Below the pieces are notes generated by a model. That model was given only the letters and a program-made list of their open reading frames with translations. It was not told the origin of the DNA and searched no databases. The position numbers and the translations under genes were made by a program. DNA of 63,892 nucleotides, the filler included. It is 6 parts of 6 records of this genome, joined end to end, with 100 filler letters (N's around TTAATTAATTAA, not from the genome) between each part and the next. Parts side by side here need not be neighbours in the genome. Positions count along the whole stretch, not along the records: positions 8,554 to 21,030 come from DRR723986_17733; 5 more parts are not named here. One strand, given 5' to 3'. Positions 9,832 to 18,232 of this stretch are shown here, in pieces; the stretch's first letter is position 1, and each line of letters starts with the position of its first letter.

Positions 9832-10766
9832 TGTCGGCCTTCTCCCGTTGCCGTCACGAAGACATCTTCCAGGTTCGGGCGCACCTTTTCGATCAACGTG
9901 GCACCGTTGGTCTCGTCCTTGTTTTTCAGGAATGCTTCGGGATCGGTAATGTCGTCCCGCACCAGAACGCGCAGGCGTGCGCCCAGCTGAGCCGCGGTGA
10001 TGATGCCTTCCGTTCCCAGCAGCCGGCGGCGGATTTCGCGCAGGTTGGGGCCTTCGATTTCCACGACATTGGCACCCATTGCCGCCATCAGGTCCTTCGG
10101 TGCCCCGTCAGCACGTTTCTGGCCTGCTTCCATGATTGCAATCTTGTGGCAGCGTTCCGCCTCGTCCATGAAATGCGTTGTCACGACAATGGATGTTCCG
10201 CCATCGACCAGGTCGAACAGCTGTTCCCAGAAATGTCGGCGCGACTCCGGATCCACGGCCGAGGTCGGTTCGTCCAGAAACAGAAGCTGCGGTTCGTGCA
10301 GAACGGCGGTTGCCAGCGCCAGGCGCTGGCGTTGCCCGCCGGACATCTTGCCTGCGAACCGGTCACCCAGCTCGCTCAATTCATATCGCTCCATGACCTC
10401 GGCAATGCGCTGCTTCTTCCGCTTCGATGGCAGGCCGTAGATCGTTGCCATGAAGTTGAGGTTCTCCAGAACCGTCAGATCGCCGTAAAGCGAAAAGGCC
10501 TGGGTCATGTAGCCGATCTTATATTTCAGGGTCTCGGCATCCTTGGGGACGGAAAGCCCCAGCACTTCGACGGTGCCTTCGGTCGGTGTGAGAAGTCCCG
10601 TCAGCATGCGCATGGCCGTGGTCTTGCCGCAGCCGTTGGGGCCGAGAAAGCCATAGATCATGCCACGCTCGATGGTCAGATCCAGTCCGTCGACCGCCCG
10701 GAACCCCTTGAAGCTTTTCACCAGGCCCTCGGCCCGGATCACGATGTCGCCGTCATTTGAACTCAC
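9828..10766 (-). CDS. ABC transporter ATP-binding protein
   Basis: Walker A GPNGCGKTT, signature MSGGQRQ, Walker B LFLDEPT, H-loop TTHFMDEAE. Confidence 0.95.
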   Translation of the reverse strand: MSSNDGDIVIRAEGLVKSFKGFRAVDGLDLTIERGMIYGFLGPNGCGKTTAMRMLTGLLTPTEGTVEVLGLSVPKDAETLKYKIGYMTQAFSLYGDLTVLENLNFMATIYGLPSKRKKQRIAEVMERYELSELGDRFAGKMSGGQRQRLALATAVLHEPQLLFLDEPTSAVDPESRRHFWEQLFDLVDGGTSIVVTTHFMDEAERCHKIAIMEAGQKRADGAPKDLMAAMGANVVEIEGPNLREIRRRLLGTEGIITAAQLGARLRVLVRDDITDPEAFLKNKDETNGATLIEKVRPNLEDVFVTATGEGRQ

Positions 10767-11719
10767 GGCAGAACAACCTGGGCCGGAACGCCGTTTGGCA
10801 GGTCGTTGGCGCTGTCGGGCAACTGCACTTCGGCGACATACATCAACCGGGCGCGCTCGGATTGATTGAGCGCGTAATAGGGCGTGAAGGAAGCTTCGGA
10901 GCTGATCCAGCGCACAGTGCCTTCGATCGGCTTGTCGAGGCCGTCAATTCGCACCTCCAGCTTGTCGCCCTGCTTGACCTTCACCCGGTGCGGTTCGGGA
11001 ACATAGACGCGGGCATAGGGTGCATCGCCGGCCAGCATCACAACGACCGGACTGCCAACCGTCACCCGTTCCCCAAGGTTCCAGGGAAGGTTGTCGAGCG
11101 TGCCGTCACGCGAGGCGGTGATGGTCAGATCGGCCAGGATCTTTTCCTGGGTGGCGAGGCTTGCCTGGGCGGCCTCCAGTTCGGCCTTGGCTATGTCGAG
11201 GTCTTCCGGTCTTGTGCCGGCGACAAGCTCCTTCAGTTGTTCCTGCGCACTTTTCAGGGTCGCGTCGGCTGCATCGCGCGCAGCCTTGGCACTGTCGAGC
11301 TGTGCCTGGCTTGTGGTGCCGCGTCCGGTCAGGTCGTCGTAGCGCCCGAACGAAGCCTGTGCATCTTCCAGCTCCGCTTTCGCACCCGCTACGGCCGCGC
11401 GGGCCTTGGCTATCTCCTCGTCGCGGGCGCCGTTTTCAAGCTTCACGAGATTGGCCTTGGCCTTCTGCACCTCTGCCTTCGCCTGGGCGACGATGGCCTG
11501 CTGTTCGGCCGGGTCCAGCTGAGCCAGAACGGTGCCCTTCTTGACGAAGGTTCCTTGTGGCACAGGCAGCTCGACCAGAACCTCATTTGCTGTTGCGGTC
11601 AGTGCGACCCTGTCTCGCTCGAGGTTTCCAAGGGCAACATTCCCGTCTTCACCGTAACAAGCGGCAGCAAACAGGCACACGGTGGCTGCGAGGACACTGC
11701 GCAGACGAGGTGTAGACAT
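10763..11719 (-). CDS. HlyD family membrane fusion/periplasmic adaptor (lipoprotein)
   Basis: Start at ATG 11719 after GGGAGGA; lipobox FAAAC; lipoyl half, coiled coil, then SEASFTPYYAL...YVAEV. Confidence 0.9.
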   Translation of the reverse strand: MSTPRLRSVLAATVCLFAAACYGEDGNVALGNLERDRVALTATANEVLVELPVPQGTFVKKGTVLAQLDPAEQQAIVAQAKAEVQKAKANLVKLENGARDEEIAKARAAVAGAKAELEDAQASFGRYDDLTGRGTTSQAQLDSAKAARDAADATLKSAQEQLKELVAGTRPEDLDIAKAELEAAQASLATQEKILADLTITASRDGTLDNLPWNLGERVTVGSPVVVMLAGDAPYARVYVPEPHRVKVKQGDKLEVRIDGLDKPIEGTVRWISSEASFTPYYALNQSERARLMYVAEVQLPDSANDLPNGVPAQVVLP

Positions 11720-11846
11720 GAATTCCTCCCTATGGATCAAGGGTATGCGGCAAGAAGGGTATCGCCTTGCCGCCACCATAGCCTGCTTCGCGGGCCTGTG
11801 CCATGGCTGGTTGAGGCCGGTTCGGACCTGCCGTCTTCGGGGCAAT

Positions 11847-11899
11847 GCCGGGCGTCAACGCCGGACCTCAACGCCGGGCATCAACACCGGGCATGTCAA
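11847..11899. repeat. Imperfect 13-bp tandem repeat, about 4 copies
   Basis: GCCGGGCGTCAAC / GCCGGACCTCAAC / GCCGGGCATCAAC / ACCGGGCATGTCAA. Confidence 0.75.
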
Positions 11900-11936
11900 G
11901 CAGGAGGGTGCAGGTCCGGTCTTCTGCAAACGATAC

Positions 11937-11968
11937 GAAAAAGGCCGCGGTTTGAGCCGCAGCCTTTC
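11937..11968 (-). terminator. Rho-independent terminator downstream of parA-like gene
   Basis: Minus strand GAAAGGCTGCGGCT-CA-AACCGCGGCC-TTTTTC. Confidence 0.7.
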
Positions 11969-11995
11969 TTGCAAAAACGACAGGAACGAACGCCG

Positions 11996-12700
11996 TCAAC
12001 TCGCCCGCTTGAACACGTTGTACCAGCGCTTCCTGGGAACGGTGATAGCCCGTTCGAGGATTTCCGCGGCATAAAGCGAAGCGTTTTCCCGGGCCTTTCC
12101 GACACCGGAGACCAGCGACGTGTCGAGGCCGGAGAGTCCGCCACCGAATTCGAAGAGATCGCGGAACGCGGCGCGTTCCACAATCGGGGTCATAAGAACG
12201 TCGATATTCTGGGCGGAAAGGAAGTCCTGGACCGCCTTCATGGCACGCGTCGTCACCGCGGCATTGGTACGGGTCAGAACCACGCAATGCTTGATGTCGT
12301 GGCGGACAATCTTTTCCAGCTTCTTGATCAGGGTCAGGATCTTGGCGCCACCGCGCGCATCCATCGAAGACCCCTGGATCGGCACGACCACAAGGTCGGA
12401 CACTGAAAGTGCGTTGGCGACGATGAGGTTTTCGGTTCCTTCAAGATCGACAATCACATAGTCGGACGTTTCGGCGGCAAGTGTGATCTGCTCTGTAATG
12501 GAGGCCGGCGAAATTTCGCTGACGACGTTGATGCCCGGGCTCTTGCGTGGCAGCTCGTACCACTTCGAGATCCATTTCTGCGGGTCCGCATCAAAGATGG
12601 TGACACGCTTTCCCCGTGCTGCGACTTCTGTCGCCAGCAGCAGAGCCGCCGTAGTTTTTCCGGCGCCGCCCTTTGCGTTTGCGAAGGAAATGACTGGCAT
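11996..12700 (-). CDS. Orphan ParA/MinD family ATPase (VirC1-like)
   Basis: Deviant Walker A KGGAGKTT, DADPQ, VIVDLEGT, SDLVVVP; start at ATG 12700 after AGGAG. Confidence 0.88.
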   Translation of the reverse strand: MPVISFANAKGGAGKTTAALLLATEVAARGKRVTIFDADPQKWISKWYELPRKSPGINVVSEISPASITEQITLAAETSDYVIVDLEGTENLIVANALSVSDLVVVPIQGSSMDARGGAKILTLIKKLEKIVRHDIKHCVVLTRTNAAVTTRAMKAVQDFLSAQNIDVLMTPIVERAAFRDLFEFGGGLSGLDTSLVSGVGKARENASLYAAEILERAITVPRKRWYNVFKRAS

Positions 12701-12885
12701 CTGGCTTCTCCTGACCTTGCCGAGCATTGTCTGGAGCAACTTGCGTCTGCGAGCGCATGCCGAAAGCTGCCCCAACACCTTGAAGGCGATCTGTCAGCGG
12801 GTTCCCGAGTGTTTTGTTGCAAATCCGCTTGTGTCGCCGATGACCCATTGCAGGCCTATCTGTCTGGCAGTCTTGGATTTTTATG

Positions 12886-12901
12886 GTTACCAAATCCTTA
12901 A
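12886..12901 (-). promoter_or_regulatory. Putative CtrA-type box upstream of parA-like gene
   Basis: Minus strand TTAA-GGATTTG-GTAAC versus consensus TTAA-N7-TTAAC (one mismatch), in an AT-rich patch. Confidence 0.4.
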
Positions 12902-13287
12902 ATTCGCAATTTGCAGCAGACTTATTCAACAAACGTTAGGATTTGTGGATAAAGACCAGCAAAACGCCTTGGCACTATTTGCAAGGGTCTGGCGAAAAGC
13001 TGCGTTCAGCCGCAATGGGCAGCCTTGATGACGCGAATTTGGCAACAGCAACGCCTCGTGCGTCTTCTGTCCGGGGTGGAGAGAAATCCTGCCGGATTTT
13101 GGATCGCCACCGATTGCATGCGCCTTGGGTGCCGCGTAGGTTGTCGGTGCGGAAGGGGTGCCTGAATCGGTGGTCTGCCGCTGTTGATCGGTCTCATGGT
13201 ATTCGGGGCACTTGTCCGCGTTGATTTGAACGCCAGATGCTTTGGGGTCAGAATTATGTCTTTGATCCGCGCCTTGAAGGACGCCAC

Positions 13288-14196
13288 ATGCTGCACCGAT
13301 TTCTCAACTCCCGCCCGGCCTGCTTGATCCGGAACCTTCTGCTTTGCGGGGTGTTGGCATATGCGGGCACGGCAGGGGCGGCGTGGGCTGAGGCCCTGAA
13401 GCCTTACAAGGATGGGCTGTTCAGATACAAGAAGGTCTCCGAAACGCTCTATGATGGCGATTTTATCGTCGTTGAATATTCCAAGCAGCGAGACCTGCGC
13501 GATCGCGACGAAGTCGACGAACGCAGGGTCTACGGAAACTATGTCTCCTACAAACCGAAGCGGGGCCGTGGCAGCGGAGAACTGAAAGCCAACGGCCGGG
13601 TTGTCGAATTCATGGGCACCGGCAACTGGAAGGGTGGTGCCAATGCCATCGTGATCTACATTCACGGGCAAGGCGGCAACCGCTTTCAGGGCATGAGCGA
13701 CGTCTCGTTCGGTGGCAACTTCAACCGCGTTCAGAACCTGATGGTCAGGAACGGCGGCGCCTACCTGACCGTCGACATAAAGAACTTCGACAATCGCGGC
13801 ACGGCGGATGTGGCAGCCCTGATCCAGTATCAGAAGCAGCTTTCGCCACGTGCCAAGGTCGTGGTTGCCTGCGGCTCCATGGGCGGCATCATCTGCTGGA
13901 ACCTGGTAAAGAACGCCAATTATGCCAGCATGCTTTCCGGCATCCTGCTGCTTGGCTCACCGAAGGATCCCAACTTCCTGTCTTCAGGTGCACTCGGGCG
14001 CAACGTGCCGATCTATATGGGGCAGGGGACGCTCGACCAGGTCTACAATTGGGAAGATCAGGCGAACTTCTTCAAGCAGATCAAGACCAGGGCTCCGAAC
14101 TATCCGATCAAGTTCACGCTGTTCGATACAGGCACCCACGGCACCCCCATCCGCATGACCGACTGGCGCCTGATACTCAACTGGATGCTGGGTTAG
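13288..14196 (+). CDS. Secreted alpha/beta-fold hydrolase
   Basis: Signal peptide (AWA/E); IYIHGQGG oxyanion motif; ACGSMGG nucleophile elbow; GTLDQVY Asp and GTHG His. Confidence 0.75.
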   Translation: MLHRFLNSRPACLIRNLLLCGVLAYAGTAGAAWAEALKPYKDGLFRYKKVSETLYDGDFIVVEYSKQRDLRDRDEVDERRVYGNYVSYKPKRGRGSGELKANGRVVEFMGTGNWKGGANAIVIYIHGQGGNRFQGMSDVSFGGNFNRVQNLMVRNGGAYLTVDIKNFDNRGTADVAALIQYQKQLSPRAKVVVACGSMGGIICWNLVKNANYASMLSGILLLGSPKDPNFLSSGALGRNVPIYMGQGTLDQVYNWEDQANFFKQIKTRAPNYPIKFTLFDTGTHGTPIRMTDWRLILNWMLG

Positions 14197-14422
14197 GCGA
14201 AGGCTCGGCACTGTTGGGGATCAAAACTGGCTCGTGTGAATTGGTCTGCACGGCGCCTGAGCATACTTGAAGCGCTTTTGCGGTTGCCCTTACGTCACTT
14301 TTAATTTCAAATTACCCTCTGGGCACCAGTGCCTGTCATCTGGAAGACGGCTCGAACCCGCCGTTTTCAGCGTGCCAGCCTCGATCCTCGGATTGGTGTC
14401 GCGTATCAGGGGGGGATGTATC

Positions 14423-16057
14423 ATGTCAGAGTATTTTGATCTCGGCCGCTATACGCGTGTCGTGACGTCAATACCGGAAGCGCAAGTCTGGTTTGACCGC
14501 GGTCTGGTCTGGCTATTTGCCTATAATCACGAAGAGGCGATTGTCTGTTTCGAAAAGGCGGTGGCAGCCGACCCGGCCTGTGCGTTGGCTCATTGGGGCA
14601 TCGCTTACGGTATCGGTCCGAATTACAACAAGGCCTGGGAAATCTTCACGCCTGAGGAAAAGGGGCCTGCGCTGGCTCGTGCAAATGCAGCGCTTGCCAC
14701 CGCAAAGGCGCTGAAGGAGGCCAGGCCGGTGGAGCGTGCGCTGATCGAGGCCCTGGCGTCGCGTTATCCCACAGATCCGGAAATCGAAGACTATCAGCCC
14801 TTCAACGATGGCTTTGCGGAAGCGATGAAACCCGTTTACGAAGCCAACAGGGAAGACCTGGATGTCGCGTGCATCTATGCAGAGGCCTTGATGAACCGGA
14901 CGCCCTGGCAATTGTGGGATTTCCACACGGGCGTGCCGAACCCTGAAGGTTCCACCACCGAGGCCGTGGCTGTTCTGGAACATGCATTTGAGAGGTTGCC
15001 GGGCGCCTGGGATCATCCTGGGCTCTTGCACATGTACATTCACCTGATGGAAATGTCGCCGCACCCGGAAAGGGCTTTGCGCCATGGCGACAGGCTGAAG
15101 GATCTCGTTCCGGATGCCGGGCATCTTGTGCACATGGGAACGCATATCGATGTCTTGTGCGGCGACTATCAGAATGTGCTCTACCGCAATCTTGCGGCAG
15201 CCAAGGTCGACGACAAGTTCAAGGCTTACGCTGGCCCGGCGAATTTCTATGCGCTGTACCGGATCCACAATCTGCATTTCGCATTCTACGGCGCCATGTT
15301 TCTTGGCAGAAAAGCCGCCGCGGTGGAGGCTGTCGAGCGATTGCGCGACGAGGTGCCCGACGAAGTTGTTCGATCGTATCCGGACGTGTTCGAAACCTTC
15401 GTGGCCGCCGCACCGCATGTCTTCATCCGGTTCGGAATGTGGTCTGAAATCCTTGAGCTCGATCAGCCGGCGGACAAGGAGCTCTATGTCACCACCAATG
15501 CGTTGATCTACTACGCGAAGGCCATCGCCCTGGCCAACCTCGGCCGTCATGACGAAGCTCTGTCCGCCATGGCGGATTTCACCGCGGCTTATGCGCAGGT
15601 GCCGGATAGCAGGATGCTCTTCAACAACACCGCAAGGGATGTCCTTGCCGTTGCAGAGGAAATGATGAAGGGAGAGGTGGCCTTCAAGGCTGGGCGGAAA
15701 GAAGAAGGACTTGCCCATCTTCGCAATGCCGTCGACCTGGACGACGGGCTTCAATACGAGGAGCCTTGGTCCTGGCCACAGCCAACGCGCCATGCCTTGG
15801 GCGCGCTCCTGATGGAAGCCGGCATGTATGAGGAAGCCGAGGCGGTCTACCGCGCGGATCTCGGATTGGACGGCAAGCTACCGCGCCCGAGCCAGCATCC
15901 ACGCAATGTCTGGGCGTTGCACGGATTGCATGAATGTCTGGTAAGGCGCTCGGAGAAGGTAGAGTTGCCGCACGTTAAGCTTCTGCTCGACCAGGCAATC
16001 GCGCGTGCGGACATTCCGATCCGGGCAAGCTGCCTCTGCCGGGCGAAGGCCGCGTGA
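14423..16057 (+). CDS. TPR-repeat protein with His-rich internal motifs
   Basis: AQVWFDRGL..AYNHEEA..FEKA..DPACALAHWGIAY..GPNYN; HPGLLHMYIH; GHLVHMGTHID; YEEPWSW; C-terminal ASCLCR. Confidence 0.8.
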   Translation: MSEYFDLGRYTRVVTSIPEAQVWFDRGLVWLFAYNHEEAIVCFEKAVAADPACALAHWGIAYGIGPNYNKAWEIFTPEEKGPALARANAALATAKALKEARPVERALIEALASRYPTDPEIEDYQPFNDGFAEAMKPVYEANREDLDVACIYAEALMNRTPWQLWDFHTGVPNPEGSTTEAVAVLEHAFERLPGAWDHPGLLHMYIHLMEMSPHPERALRHGDRLKDLVPDAGHLVHMGTHIDVLCGDYQNVLYRNLAAAKVDDKFKAYAGPANFYALYRIHNLHFAFYGAMFLGRKAAAVEAVERLRDEVPDEVVRSYPDVFETFVAAAPHVFIRFGMWSEILELDQPADKELYVTTNALIYYAKAIALANLGRHDEALSAMADFTAAYAQVPDSRMLFNNTARDVLAVAEEMMKGEVAFKAGRKEEGLAHLRNAVDLDDGLQYEEPWSWPQPTRHALGALLMEAGMYEEAEAVYRADLGLDGKLPRPSQHPRNVWALHGLHECLVRRSEKVELPHVKLLLDQAIARADIPIRASCLCRAKAA

Positions 16058-16148
16058 ATGGAGAGTTGGGGCAGATCAACGACTGGTTTTGGAGGCCGCA
16101 ATAAAAGCCCGGATACCTGTGCCACATGGCTGGCACCGGAGCGGGCGT

Positions 16149-17054
16149 CTATATCTTGGTGAGCTTTGCCTTCAGCAAACCTTCCGCCAGATGATCGAAC
16201 ACTACGCGGATCCTCTGGCTGGTGTGAAGTTCGCGATGGGTGACCAGCCAGATTGGAAACGAAACCGGTTCGATATCGGAAAAGGCGGGAACGATCTCGG
16301 GAAACCGGGCAGCGATTTCATCCGCCATGATGGCCAGACCGAGGCCCTGGCGGACGAATTCCCAGGCGACCACACCGCTGGGGGAGCCAAGGCGAATATT
16401 GGCCTCGGTCACCTTCAGACCGAAGGCGCGCAGGTAGCCGACGAGCTCTTCGTTGTTGTCGAAGCCGATAAAATCGAGTGCTGGCGCATCGTCCCTCGTC
16501 AGGGGACGGCCGAATTGTTCAACCAGTGATCTGGCGCCGAAGATGCGGGCCGGTGCCGCCCGCAGCTTGCGGGCATAAAGGTCAGGATGGTCCGGTTCGA
16601 CATGTCGAATGGCAATATCGGCTTCGCGTCGGCGCAAGTCGCTCAGGCTGTTGGTACAAAGCACTTTCACTTCCACGCCCGGTGCCTTTTTGCGCAGCTC
16701 ACGCAAAATATCGGGCAAGAGATGAGCTGCCATCAGATCGGTCGTGGAAACGGTGACCAGTCCTTCGACCTGCTGTGATTTGCCGGATGCCGCAAGGGAT
16801 ATCCGGCTGGCCGCGTCGCCCATGGCGCGCACATGATCAGCCAGTTCGATTCCGGCTTCTGTGAGGATCAGGCTCTTCGACACACGCTCGAACAGGGTCA
16901 CGCCAAGTGTCTGCTCAAGCGCTGCCACCTGCCGGCTGAGCGTGGGTTGGGTCAGTCCGAGTGCCCGGGCAGCTGCGGAGAGAGAGCCTTCCTCTGCCGT
17001 TACCAGGAACGCACGGGCCTGGTTCCAGTCGAATGTGATGGTCTGCCAGTTCAT
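16149..17054 (-). CDS. LysR family transcriptional regulator
   Basis: FDWNQARAFLVTAEEGSLSAAARALGLTQPTLSRQV HTH; DLRRREADIAIR; start at ATG 17054. Confidence 0.93.
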   Translation of the reverse strand: MNWQTITFDWNQARAFLVTAEEGSLSAAARALGLTQPTLSRQVAALEQTLGVTLFERVSKSLILTEAGIELADHVRAMGDAASRISLAASGKSQQVEGLVTVSTTDLMAAHLLPDILRELRKKAPGVEVKVLCTNSLSDLRRREADIAIRHVEPDHPDLYARKLRAAPARIFGARSLVEQFGRPLTRDDAPALDFIGFDNNEELVGYLRAFGLKVTEANIRLGSPSGVVAWEFVRQGLGLAIMADEIAARFPEIVPAFSDIEPVSFPIWLVTHRELHTSQRIRVVFDHLAEGLLKAKLTKI

Positions 17055-17139
17055 GCAAATATGTATATCAACTAGCCAGAATTCGGCAATTCTCATTCAT
17101 TTCTGAAGCAAGTAGATTTCTTTTCGAAAGGAGACGCCA

Positions 17140-17286
17140 ATGAGCCCGTCATCTTTGATGATCCAATTGGCAAACATCGTTCTTTCGGTTCTGGAGTTCC
17201 TGGCTTCACCCACTGGCGGCCGCGATATCGGCCGCGACATTCTTCATCAGATCGGTCTGCGCGGCGGCCGCAAGAAGAAGAAATAG
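17140..17286 (+). CDS. Small protein (48 aa), not in ORF track
   Basis: AAAGGAGA RBS at 17127-17134; translation MSPSSLMIQLANIVLSVLEFLASPTGGRDIGRDILHQIGLRGGRKKKK; divergent from LysR. Confidence 0.6.
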   Translation: MSPSSLMIQLANIVLSVLEFLASPTGGRDIGRDILHQIGLRGGRKKKK

Positions 17287-17454
17287 CGGGTACGGGAGTT
17301 TCAAGCAGCCTGTGCTTCGAAGCTGTTTCGAAGCACGGATAACTGTGTGCCGGCTGTCATATTTGCAGTCGGACCAGGTTCGACCGGTTACTGCCGTTCC
17401 CGCTTATCTGTTAGAAATGGACTATTCGCCATGGCGACAACATGGACCAATGAA

Positions 17455-18096
17455 ATGCCGTCATCTGCCGGTTTCTGGAGCAAGGCTGCGCGCAAATATG
17501 CTGCGTCTCCAATCCGCAATCAGGAAGCCTATGAAAAGACGCTGGAGCGTACGACGGAACATCTGGGGCCGCAGGACAGTATTCTGGAACTGGGCTGCGG
17601 CACAGGATCGACGGCGCTTTTAGTGGCCGGCAATGTCAGGTCTTATCTTGCCACCGATTTCGCCAGCGGCATGATCGAGATTGCACAGACGAAATTGAAG
17701 GATGGACCGGACGCGAAAGATCATCCGCAAGGGTTGAGGTTTGCCGTTGCCGATGTCTTCAGCGACAAGGTCGAGCCGGGTGAAGCCGGGTACGATGCCG
17801 TCCTTGCCTTCAACTTCCTGCATCTGGTGGAAAACGCCGAAGACACCCTGTCCCGTATTCATCATCTGCTGAAACCAGGTGGGCTTTACATTTCCAAGAC
17901 CGTTTGCCTGAAAAGGCGCGCATGGCTGTTTGCTCCCCTCGTCAAGGTGATGCAACTGTTTGGCAAGGCACCTTTTGTCCGTTTCTTTTCCTTCGACACA
18001 CTGGAAGACAGCATCCGGTCGGCAGGGTTCGAAATCATCGAGACAGGAACCTATCCTGCACCCTACAGCCGCTTTGTCGTGGCAAGGAGGCTCTGA
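17455..18096 (+). CDS. Class I SAM-dependent methyltransferase
   Basis: FWSKAARKYA, ILELGCGTGS, YDAVLAFNFLHL, LLKPGGLYISKTVC; start could be 17431. Confidence 0.9.
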   Translation: MPSSAGFWSKAARKYAASPIRNQEAYEKTLERTTEHLGPQDSILELGCGTGSTALLVAGNVRSYLATDFASGMIEIAQTKLKDGPDAKDHPQGLRFAVADVFSDKVEPGEAGYDAVLAFNFLHLVENAEDTLSRIHHLLKPGGLYISKTVCLKRRAWLFAPLVKVMQLFGKAPFVRFFSFDTLEDSIRSAGFEIIETGTYPAPYSRFVVARRL

Positions 18097-18232
18097 CGGG
18101 GCGCGCAGAAAAGAAGCGTCCCTGATATTCCTTAAATCGATTGAATTGGCCCGTTGCGGCGACTTGCAGATGAGGGCTGTTGAGTGCTAGGTGTGATCTG
18201 TCTCGCCACACTTGCTCCCTCGAAAGCTGAAA

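Noticed and set aside
10757-12406. 549-aa plus-strand ORF
   Set aside because: Antisense shadow of hlyD and parA in GC-rich DNA; no motifs.
11996-12700. Plasmid partition or T-DNA VirC system
   Set aside because: No parB/virC2, rep or conjugation genes nearby; the context looks chromosomal.
14513-15793. 426-aa minus-strand ORF
   Set aside because: Antisense to the TPR gene; no recognisable features.
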